NCBI GenBank assembly: GCA_905477785.1
Contig: CAJQGR010000008.1
Span: forward strand, 4,900 to 68,899
DNA: 64,000 nt
Direction: 5' to 3'
From: an uncultured Hellea sp.
GTDB taxonomy: Bacteria > Pseudomonadota > Alphaproteobacteria > Caulobacterales > Maricaulaceae
Both the position numbers and the translations under genes were made by a program. Of this stretch, positions 39,871 through 49,120 are shown in pieces (position 1 is the first letter of the stretch; each line of letters begins with the position of its first letter). The notes under the pieces were generated by a model, which was not told where the DNA came from, ran no database searches, and saw only the letters and a program-made list of their open reading frames with translations.

Positions 39871-40079
39871 TTGACGTATTGGTTCAGTTCTAGAACTTGT
39901 TATAATTTTATTAATTTTGATTTTTCAGGGTCTTTTTAGTATGAAAGTCGCATAAAATTCTGACTGAAAGTTCGATTATTAAACCATGACATAATCTGTG
40001 CACAATTATAATGGTTCTTCAATTTGCGAATCCTCTATTTATTTTATAAGATATTTCTATAAATTTAACGAGATTTCAG

Positions 40080-41042
40080 ATGACAGAAACTATTCACCAT
40101 AAAGTCATTATTATTGGCTCAGGTCCAGCAGGTTACACTGCGGCAGTATATGCGGCACGTGCTATGATTGAACCTGCGATAATCTCTGGCCTACAACCTG
40201 GTGGGCAATTAACTATTACAACTGATGTGGAAAATTATCCAGGTTTTCCGGAAATACAGGGTCCAGAGCTTATGGAAAAGTTCAAAGAGCATGCCCTTAA
40301 GTTTGGAACAAGCTTTTATGAGGACACAATCATAAATGTTGATTTTACAACAAAACCATTCAAAATGTTTGGTGATAGTGGAAAACTATACACATCAGAT
40401 GCTGTGATAATTGCCACTGGGGCTCAAGCTAAATGGCTGGGTCTACCTACAGAAGTAAAGTTTCAAGGTTTTGGTGTGTCAGCTTGTGCTACGTGCGATG
40501 GATTTTTTTATAGAAACAAAGAAGTAATAGTTATTGGAGGTGGAAATACAGCCGTAGAAGAAGCTTTATTCTTAACTAACTTTGCATCAAAAGTTACACT
40601 TGTTCATCGCCGCGATACTTTGCGTGCAGAAAAAATTCTGCAGCATAGGCTTATTAATCATGAAAAAATCGAGGTTTTATGGGACACAGCACTTGTAGAA
40701 ATTCTTGGGGATGATAACCCAATAGGTGTAACAGGCGTAAAATTAAGAAATTTAAAAACAGGTAACGTTTTCAAACGAGACACACATGGAGTTTTTATCG
40801 CTATAGGTCACAAACCTTCAACAGATGTATTTAAAGGTCATGTTGAGATGAATGAGGGTGGGTATATTTCCACTGCACCAGACAGCACAGCAACAAATGT
40901 ACCCGGAGTATTTGCTACTGGGGATGTTTCAGATGAAACCTATCGTCAAGCCGTAACTGCAGCAGGATTAGGGTGTATGGGTGCTTTGGAGGCGGAGCGG
41001 TTTCTGACTGAGCAAGAAGCTCTATCTGAGGCCACTGAGTAG
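40080..41042 (+). CDS. trxB: Thioredoxin-disulfide reductase
   Basis: GSGPAG, GGQLTITTDVENYPG, SACATCDG (CxxC), GGGNTAVEEA, QAVTAAG. Confidence 0.98.
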   Translation: MTETIHHKVIIIGSGPAGYTAAVYAARAMIEPAIISGLQPGGQLTITTDVENYPGFPEIQGPELMEKFKEHALKFGTSFYEDTIINVDFTTKPFKMFGDSGKLYTSDAVIIATGAQAKWLGLPTEVKFQGFGVSACATCDGFFYRNKEVIVIGGGNTAVEEALFLTNFASKVTLVHRRDTLRAEKILQHRLINHEKIEVLWDTALVEILGDDNPIGVTGVKLRNLKTGNVFKRDTHGVFIAIGHKPSTDVFKGHVEMNEGGYISTAPDSTATNVPGVFATGDVSDETYRQAVTAAGLGCMGALEAERFLTEQEALSEATE

Positions 41043-41052
41043 TGAATAGCTA

Positions 41053-41949
41053 GTGGACAGTTTAGATTGGGATAAAGTTAAAACATTTCATGCTGCTGCA
41101 GAGACTGGTTCACTCACAGCAGCTTCAGAGCTTTTAAAAATATCGCAATCTGCAGTTTCACGGCAAATCTCAGCCTTAGAAGATAGCTTAAACACACCTT
41201 TATTCCATAGACATGCAAGAGGATTAACTCTCACAGAACAGGGCCGCATTTTATACAATACTGCTCGCGAGATGGCTCATAAAGTAGCTCTTGCGCAAGC
41301 ATCAGTGATTGATAGCCGAAACAAACCTCAAGGTGTACTGAGAGTATCAGCTCCAACATCATTAGGGGCTAATTGGCTAACATCTGTTTTGCCTGAATTT
41401 ATAGAAGCTTACCCAGAGATTGATGTGCAATTAATCCTTGAAGATGAAGAACATGACCTCTCCGCCTTTGATGTAGATTGCGCATTAAGACCTTGGCCAT
41501 CAACACAAGGGGATGTTATTGAAAGAAAGCTAGGCACTATATCGCAAAGCCTTTATGCATCACATTCATATCTCGCCAAATTTGGAGCGCCAACCTCTGC
41601 TCAAGATCTAGATAATCATAATATAATTGCATTCGGTGACCTAAAACCCTCGCGCCTTCATAGTACTAATTGGGTTCTCAAAGCTGGTTCTGATAGCAAC
41701 ACAAGAACACCTATTCTCTGTGTTAATAACCTTCATGGAATTATGAGGGCAGCTGAGGCAGGTATTGGAGTAGCCGGTATTCCAGATTACATGACTGCAC
41801 TATCACGAAGATTAGTAAGAATATTACCACAGGTAAAAGGAGAAAGTTTTGATGTTTTTTTCGTATACCCCAGTGAATTAAGAGGTTCTGTAAGAGCTAA
41901 AGTTTTCAGAGAGTTCCTTATGCGAGTAACACGAAGCTGGAACTATTGA
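41053..41949 (+). CDS. LysR-type transcriptional regulator (LsrB/VtlR-like position)
   Basis: HTH GSLTAASELLKISQSAVSRQISALE, LFHRHARGLTLTEQG, LysR substrate domain; directly after trxB. Confidence 0.92.
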   Translation: MDSLDWDKVKTFHAAAETGSLTAASELLKISQSAVSRQISALEDSLNTPLFHRHARGLTLTEQGRILYNTAREMAHKVALAQASVIDSRNKPQGVLRVSAPTSLGANWLTSVLPEFIEAYPEIDVQLILEDEEHDLSAFDVDCALRPWPSTQGDVIERKLGTISQSLYASHSYLAKFGAPTSAQDLDNHNIIAFGDLKPSRLHSTNWVLKAGSDSNTRTPILCVNNLHGIMRAAEAGIGVAGIPDYMTALSRRLVRILPQVKGESFDVFFVYPSELRGSVRAKVFREFLMRVTRSWNY

Positions 41950-41972
41950 GTTATCAAATAGAACTATACAAT

Positions 41973-41990
41973 CTATGCATAATTGCATAG
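41973..41990. promoter_or_regulatory. Palindromic putative LysR recognition site CTATGCA-N4-TGCATAG
   Basis: Perfect 7-bp inverted repeat centred about 65 bp upstream of the predicted sRNA start. Confidence 0.6.
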
Positions 41991-42045
41991 CTGTACTGCT
42001 TATCTAAGTCTTCTAGCTTTATCATTATTTGATTATGTTCTTAAC

Positions 42046-42164
42046 AAGAATTAGGTACGTCCCTCCCCTTTCGTTCCCTATGTTCTTATCCGCAAATACT
42101 TCTTCCCCGAAGTTTAAGCGATGACTTTAGCCGGGCCCGGATTACCGAGTGCCCGGTTTTTTTT
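42046..42164 (+). ncRNA. Putative AbcR-like trans-acting sRNA
   Basis: Hairpin 1 (42046-42087) has loop UCCCUCCCCUUU. Hairpin 2 (42091-42120) has loop UUCCCC. A terminator hairpin with U8 follows. Candidate -10 TATGTT at 42034-42039. Position downstream of trxB-lysR. Confidence 0.72.
42131..42164 (+). terminator. Rho-independent terminator
   Basis: CCGGGC-CCGG-ATTA-CCGA-GT-GCCCGG followed by T8. Confidence 0.88.
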
Positions 42165-42177
42165 ATTTAAAAAATTT

Positions 42178-43410
<1,233 letters not shown>

Positions 43411-44223
43411 TTAATCTGGCAGTGCATTTGACAATATTCCACCATATCGTAAAGGTTCCGCTCTCACAGCTAGACCAGTTTTATCACTAGTTTCAACATA
43501 GACTCCACACAAAGTTCCATCACCTGTTGCAGGAGTAAAGCGCCCTCCTCGCATTCTAGTTGTGAATCGCCTTAACGGCTCTTCTTTATTCATTCCAATT
43601 ACTGAATTATAATCACCGCACATACCAGCATCAGTTTGATAAGCTGTTCCAGAAACGAATATTCGTGTATCTGCTGTAGGTACATGCTGGTGTGTCCCAA
43701 CAACTAAACTAGCTCTTCCGTCGCAATAATGTCCCATTGCTTGCTTTTCAGAGGTTGCTTCAGCATGAATATCAACAATTATAGCATCTGCCACTACCCC
43801 TAAAGGAGCGTTATTCAATTCTCTTTCTACAGCCTGAAAAGGGTCGTCTAGTGCATCCATGAAAACCCGCCCTAAAACATTAATCACCAATAATTGGTAT
43901 CCATTAACGTTATACATACCCGATCCCCTCCCTGTCGCAGTATTAGGTGGGTAATTACATGGACGCAGTAATCGATGCTCATTTTCAATAACGGAAATAC
44001 CTTGTGGGTTATCAAAACTATGATTGCCAAGGGTCAAGACATCAGCTCCTGCATCATAAAGTTCGTCAGCAGTTGATCTAGTAATACCAAATCCACCAGC
44101 AGCATTTTCTGCATTTATAACGACTGCATCCAGATTTAAATCAGAGCGAATGCGCGGAAGGTGTCTTTTTACAGCCTCACGGCCTGACTTGCCAACTACA
44201 TCTCCAAAAAAAGCTAATCGCAT
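43411..44223 (-). CDS. YmdB-like (TIGR00282) metallophosphoesterase
   Basis: GDVVGKSGR, NAENAAGG, TLGNH, DIHAEATSEK, GTHQHVPTAD, TDAGMCG. Confidence 0.93.
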   Translation of the reverse strand: MRLAFFGDVVGKSGREAVKRHLPRIRSDLNLDAVVINAENAAGGFGITRSTADELYDAGADVLTLGNHSFDNPQGISVIENEHRLLRPCNYPPNTATGRGSGMYNVNGYQLLVINVLGRVFMDALDDPFQAVERELNNAPLGVVADAIIVDIHAEATSEKQAMGHYCDGRASLVVGTHQHVPTADTRIFVSGTAYQTDAGMCGDYNSVIGMNKEEPLRRFTTRMRGGRFTPATGDGTLCGVYVETSDKTGLAVRAEPLRYGGILSNALPD

Positions 44224-44783
44224 TAAAACGCCTTAAAATATTTATCTGTTAATATACCATCAAGGTTTTGATCAAACTCATCAGTTGGTAAGAAATCAAC
44301 TTCTTGACTAGCAAAGGCAATACCGCAAGCAAAAATATCATTTCTTAATCTCAAACTTGCTAACGTACGGTCATAATACCCGCCCCCATAACCTAAACGA
44401 GTGCCTGTGCCTGTAAATGCTAAAAGAGGTAAAAGTATTAAATTTGGAACAACTAGAGCCTTTTCAGGAAAAGGCTCGCAAGTTCCATAAAGTCCTTTCT
44501 TTAATTTATCCGTAGGTGACCAACTTCGAAACAATAGAGGATTACCTCTCTCAGGCGTACAGGGTAAAGAAAGTTTGTGACCCTTGGAAAAGCAAGACTT
44601 AAGCAGTGGAATAATGTCTAATTCATCAGTTAAAGGCCAATAACCTGCGATTATTCTATTATTGAAAATACTAGCAGGTATATGTTCTATAATTTGAAAT
44701 GCATTTAGATTATTTTTTTCTTTAGCTCGAATTATTTTAGCTTTTATCCTAGCCTCTTTTTTTTGCATACTAATCATATTCAA
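44223..44783 (-). CDS. 5-formyltetrahydrofolate cyclo-ligase
   Basis: AGYWP, GTCEP, LPLLAF, RLGYGGGYYDRTL, D..LD.ILT; downstream of 6S RNA as usual. Confidence 0.93.
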   Translation of the reverse strand: MNMISMQKKEARIKAKIIRAKEKNNLNAFQIIEHIPASIFNNRIIAGYWPLTDELDIIPLLKSCFSKGHKLSLPCTPERGNPLLFRSWSPTDKLKKGLYGTCEPFPEKALVVPNLILLPLLAFTGTGTRLGYGGGYYDRTLASLRLRNDIFACGIAFASQEVDFLPTDEFDQNLDGILTDKYFKAF

Positions 44784-44814
44784 CCATTTCCATGCAAAAC
44801 AACTAAATTTAGTG

Positions 44815-44978
44815 TGACGGTCCCACTAAGCCCGTGGAAGCTGAAAGAATCCTCGTGAACCTAGAGTTCAAGTGGGTGCCGGAAGTAAACAGACCACGAT
44901 CTGAACAGCGCCAGCTCCCTAGGAGTATATTAAGGTCCGGTGGATTAGTGCTTCTCACAAAACCCGCAGAAACCGTCA
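44815..44978 (-). ncRNA. ssrS: 6S RNA
   Basis: Lies between zapA and the 5-FTHF cyclo-ligase gene. Closing stem TGACGGT/ACCGTCA, about 164 nt, central CCTAGGGAGCT...GGCACCCAC segments typical of alphaproteobacterial 6S. Ends are approximate. Confidence 0.88.
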
Positions 44979-45034
44979 AAGTGTCTTTGACGACATATTA
45001 TAGTTATGGCAAGGAAAAGAGTGAATAAATATCA

Positions 45035-45394
45035 TTAAATTGATAAGCTTTCTGATAATTTTTCAATTTTTTTAGCGGCCTCTAGTAAATTTTTTATAGC
45101 TTTATTTTCAATATTTAAGGCTAACTTATTAGCAGAAGCCGCTTCTTTACGAAGATTACCTATTCGCTTATCAACCTCTTTATCCAAGGATTTATTCATC
45201 TCTTCTAATTCGTCAAGCATGGTTAAACCTGCCATAACAAAAAGTCGTAAATCCCCTATTTGACCAAATTGAGTGGCCATATTTTTTACTCTATCATCTA
45301 ACTTTTGACCAAGGCGCATGAGTCGATCTTGTTCTCCCTCATTGCAACCTAAAGCATATTTTCGACCATTTATGTCGACACTTATTTTTGCCAT
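45035..45394 (-). CDS. zapA: Cell division protein ZapA
   Basis: VDINGRKYALGC..GEQDRL, GQIGDLRLFVMAGL; conserved position before 6S RNA. Confidence 0.9.
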   Translation of the reverse strand: MAKISVDINGRKYALGCNEGEQDRLMRLGQKLDDRVKNMATQFGQIGDLRLFVMAGLTMLDELEEMNKSLDKEVDKRIGNLRKEAASANKLALNIENKAIKNLLEAAKKIEKLSESLSI

Positions 45395-45397
45395 GAC

Positions 45398-45694
45398 CTA
45401 ATCCTCTCCCAATGCCACTCGAACTTGCCTTATAACTCGGTCTAACTCTTGGGTGGTCTCGTCAGCCAATATGCCAAACTCTTTTTCACGAGCTAAGAAA
45501 TCTTTCTCTTTCGCATAACTTGCATCAAGCTTAGCAGCAAGTGCTGCCCTGTCTGCACTCATGGCATCTGATTCTTTTTTTAAAGCTTCCAAACGACTCA
45601 CTTTATCTAATAGAGAGTCGATAGAACCCCCTAATTTACCAATTGCTGACTTTAATCTGTCAGATGCTTCTTTTATGTCAGCGCTGTCATTCAT
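45398..45694 (-). CDS. DUF4164-like coiled-coil protein
   Basis: Short coiled coil (DRAALAAKLDA) upstream of zapA, as in other alphaproteobacteria. Confidence 0.7.
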   Translation of the reverse strand: MNDSADIKEASDRLKSAIGKLGGSIDSLLDKVSRLEALKKESDAMSADRAALAAKLDASYAKEKDFLAREKEFGILADETTQELDRVIRQVRVALGED

Positions 45695-45842
45695 AGGATA
45701 TTCCGAATCTTAGTTAATATGTATAGAATGAAGCAATTTTAAGCCCATAACAAGGGATAATCTGTTGACAGTAAAGAGAAGCTACCCCATTCCTGAGTAG
45801 CTTAAATATAGTAATATTTTTCTTGGTAAGGGTTACAAGTAA

Positions 45843-46856
45843 ATGACTATCCGTATTGGTATTAATGGCTTTGGACGAATTGGTAGACTAGTTGCAAGAG
45901 CCATAGAAGAATACGATATCAATGATATCAAACTGGTAGCGATAAATTCGCCTGGAGACGTATCCACATCGGCACACCTACTTCGTTATGACTCAGTACA
46001 CGGCCGCTTCAAAACTGAAGTGTCTGAAGGTAGTAATTTTATAGATTATGGTCGAGGAAAAATACGAATGACTCATGAACGTGACCCTTCAAAAATTTCA
46101 TGGGGCGACTTGGATGTTGATGTAGTGATGGAATGCACAGGGGTATTTCGATCTAAAAAAGATGTTAAGTCACATTTTGATGCAGGGGCAAAAAAAGTAC
46201 TTATTTCTGCTCCTGGTAAAGAAGTGGATAAAACTATTGTTTATGGTGTTAACCACAATGACCTCACTGAAAAAGATAAAGTTGTGTCTTGTGCTTCCTG
46301 TACAACTAATTGCCTTGCACCAATTGCAAAAGTAATAATAGACAGTATTGGAATTAAGCGCGGGTTTATGACTACAGTTCATAGCTACACCCAGGATCAA
46401 CGCATTTTAGACAATTCCCATAAAGATTTATATAGGGCACGTGCTGCAGGCCTAAATATGATTCCTACTAGCACGGGAGCAGCAAAAGCGGTTGGTTTAG
46501 TAATTCCAGAACTTGTGGGTAAACTTTCGGGTTCGGCAGTTCGAGTACCAACAGCTAATGTATCCATGGTTGACCTAGCCTTTCAACCTGTAATGAAAAC
46601 AAGTGCTGACGAATTGAACGCAATAATGAAAAATGCAGCTGAAACAACTATGAAAGGGGTCATTTGCTATACAAAAAATGCTCTTGTTAGTTCAGACCTC
46701 AATCATGACCCCAACAGTGCTACTTTTGCTGCTCCATTAACTAAAGTTTTGGATGGGCACCTAGTAAAAATCGTTGCATGGTATGATAATGAATGGGGCT
46801 TCGCTAATAGAATGATAGATGTCTCTCGCGTAATGTGCAGCCAAAAGAAAATATAA
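45843..46856 (+). CDS. gap: Type I glyceraldehyde-3-phosphate dehydrogenase
   Basis: INGFGRIGR, ASCTTNCLAP, HSYT, IPTSTGAAKA, WYDNEWGF. Confidence 0.98.
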   Translation: MTIRIGINGFGRIGRLVARAIEEYDINDIKLVAINSPGDVSTSAHLLRYDSVHGRFKTEVSEGSNFIDYGRGKIRMTHERDPSKISWGDLDVDVVMECTGVFRSKKDVKSHFDAGAKKVLISAPGKEVDKTIVYGVNHNDLTEKDKVVSCASCTTNCLAPIAKVIIDSIGIKRGFMTTVHSYTQDQRILDNSHKDLYRARAAGLNMIPTSTGAAKAVGLVIPELVGKLSGSAVRVPTANVSMVDLAFQPVMKTSADELNAIMKNAAETTMKGVICYTKNALVSSDLNHDPNSATFAAPLTKVLDGHLVKIVAWYDNEWGFANRMIDVSRVMCSQKKI

Positions 46857-46861
46857 TTCAA

Positions 46862-48049
46862 ATGAATTTTAATCGATTAAAAGATGTTCATCTTAATGGG
46901 AAAACAGCAATTGTACGTGTAGATTTTAATCTACCTAAAGACGATAATGGCTCAATATCAGATGATACAAGACTAAGAGCAGCACTTCCAACAATTAATT
47001 TTTTAACAACAGCTAATGCAAAAGTGATTTTAATTTCACACCTTGGTAGGCCCAATGGTAAATGCGATCCAAGACTATCTTTAAGTTTTGTTATTCCCGC
47101 TTTATCCAAAGCCTTAGGTACTAAAGTGTCCTTTAATGATAATTTAGAATTTAAAAATGTTGATAAAATTAGACCAGGTGAAATTATGCTTCTCGAAAAT
47201 ATAAGATTTCATAAAGGAGAAACAAGCGGTAATATAAAATTAGCCAGAAAAATAGCTCAATTAGGGGATGTTTTTATTCAAGATGCATTTTCAACGGCAC
47301 ATCGTAAGCACTCATCATCATCAGTTGTAGGAGATCTCTTACCATCTTATCCAGGGTTAGCTATGGAAAGAGAAATCGAGCACATAAGCCATGCTCTTAA
47401 TACACCAAGGTCACCTGTAATGGGTGTTGTTGGTGGCGCAAAAGTATCCACAAAAATAGAGCTTCTTGGGAATCTTGTAAAAAAATTGGATATACTAGCT
47501 ATAGGAGGCGGTATGGCGAATACATTTCTGAGTGCCTTAGGAAATGAGGTCGGATCTTCATTATATGAGCCTAGTTTTGAAAAGACCGCGTTAGGAATTT
47601 TAAAAAAGGCCGATCAAGAACATTGTAAAATTATATTACCTTCGGATGTAATAGTTGCAAAGCAATTTCAAGCCAATGCTAATTTTCGCCAGTGCAAGCC
47701 GAATGAAGTATTGAGTGATGAAATGATACTTGATTGTGGAGAAAGCTCTATCAATGATATAAAGGCTGCTCTTGATGAGGCAAAAACAGTGATATGGAAT
47801 GGGCCATTAGGGGCTTTTGAAATTGATCCATTTGATAAAGCAACTTCTGAAACAGCAACATACGCTGCAAAATTAACAAAAGAAGGTAAAATTGTTTCTG
47901 TTGCAGGCGGCGGTGATACAGTGGCAGCTTTAAAAAATGCATCAGCAGCTGATGACTTTACATTTATTAGTACAGCTGGAGGTGCATTTCTGGAATGGCT
48001 AGAAGGAAAAGCTCTTCCAGGTATCGAGATTTTAAAAAAGGTATCTTAA
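46862..48049 (+). CDS. pgk: Phosphoglycerate kinase
   Basis: RVDFNLP, SHLGRP, LENIRF, DAFSTAHR, GGAKVSTK, WNGPLG, STAGGAFLEWLEG. Start moved to ATG 46862. Confidence 0.98.
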   Translation: MNFNRLKDVHLNGKTAIVRVDFNLPKDDNGSISDDTRLRAALPTINFLTTANAKVILISHLGRPNGKCDPRLSLSFVIPALSKALGTKVSFNDNLEFKNVDKIRPGEIMLLENIRFHKGETSGNIKLARKIAQLGDVFIQDAFSTAHRKHSSSSVVGDLLPSYPGLAMEREIEHISHALNTPRSPVMGVVGGAKVSTKIELLGNLVKKLDILAIGGGMANTFLSALGNEVGSSLYEPSFEKTALGILKKADQEHCKIILPSDVIVAKQFQANANFRQCKPNEVLSDEMILDCGESSINDIKAALDEAKTVIWNGPLGAFEIDPFDKATSETATYAAKLTKEGKIVSVAGGGDTVAALKNASAADDFTFISTAGGAFLEWLEGKALPGIEILKKVS

Positions 48050-48050
48050 T

Positions 48051-49088
48051 ATGAATATTCAAGAGCTAAATAGGATAGCATTAAAAATGGTCGAACCAGG
48101 AACAGGTATTCTTGCAGCGGACGAATCCACAGCAACCATTGGTAAAAGGTTTGAGAGCATTAATACTGAAAGTACCTATGAAAAAAGGCGCGATTGGCGA
48201 GAAATGTTATTTAGAACTCACGAGGCGATGAGCAATCATATATCAGGTGTTATATTGTATGATGAAACTATCCGCCAAAAAACTGCGGATGGAACATCTT
48301 TAGTTGAGTTAATAAAATCTACTAATACTCTACCAGGTATAAAGGTAGACACAGGAACAACACCACTAGCTGGTAGGCCACAAGAATCCATAACTCAAGG
48401 ACTTGATGGTCTTCGCGAACGTTTAACTGAATATTATAAGTTAGGTGCACGTTTTGCAAAATGGAGAGCTGTAATTGAGATTTCTCACCCAGATCAATAC
48501 GTAGGTACGACACCAACTATAGGCGGAATTAAAGCTAACACACATGCGCTTGGTCGTTATGCAGCCTTATGCCAAGAAGCTGGAATAGTTCCAATAGTTG
48601 AACCAGAAGTGCTCATGGGGGGTTATCATAATATTGAGCGCTGTCATGAAGTTACAGAGACCACATTAAATTCTCTTTTTACTGAACTATATGAACAAGG
48701 TGTCAAGTTAGAAGGTATAATATTGAAGCCGAATATGGTTGTTGCAGGAAAAAAGTGTGCTGAACAACCTAGTAGAGTAGAGATAGCGGAGCGCACCATT
48801 AAAGTCTTAAAAGATACAGTACCTGCTGCTGTTCCTGGAATCGCTTTTTTATCAGGTGGACAAAAGAATGAAGAGGCTACAAGAAATCTTGATATGATGA
48901 ATAAAATAGGTAGTTTCCCGTGGAGGCTTACATACTCATATGGGCGTGCTTTGCAGCAGTCAGCTTTATTTACATGGAAGGGTAAGAAAAGTAATTATAA
49001 AAAAGCTCAAGAAGCTTTTTATCACAGAGCTAAAATGAATAGCTTAGCTAGTATTGGAAAATGGAGTCAGGATTTAGATAAATTTTAA
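48051..49088 (+). CDS. Class I fructose-bisphosphate aldolase
   Basis: GILAADES, GIKVDTG, FAKWR, VPIVEPEV, LKPNMV (Schiff-base Lys), FLSGGQ, SYGRALQ. Confidence 0.96.
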   Translation: MNIQELNRIALKMVEPGTGILAADESTATIGKRFESINTESTYEKRRDWREMLFRTHEAMSNHISGVILYDETIRQKTADGTSLVELIKSTNTLPGIKVDTGTTPLAGRPQESITQGLDGLRERLTEYYKLGARFAKWRAVIEISHPDQYVGTTPTIGGIKANTHALGRYAALCQEAGIVPIVEPEVLMGGYHNIERCHEVTETTLNSLFTELYEQGVKLEGIILKPNMVVAGKKCAEQPSRVEIAERTIKVLKDTVPAAVPGIAFLSGGQKNEEATRNLDMMNKIGSFPWRLTYSYGRALQQSALFTWKGKKSNYKKAQEAFYHRAKMNSLASIGKWSQDLDKF

Positions 49089-49120
49089 ATGAACGATCGA
49101 TTTGTATATTCATTAAGAAG

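Noticed and set aside
39886-39897. Palindrome AGTTCTAGAACT upstream of trxB, considered as a LexA or other operator
   Set aside because: It does not fit the alphaproteobacterial LexA box (GTTC-N7-GTTC). A single 12-bp palindrome is within chance expectation.
44834-45028. 64-aa plus-strand ORF in the ORF track
   Set aside because: It is antisense to the 6S RNA in the conserved zapA-ssrS-ygfA arrangement and has no protein features.
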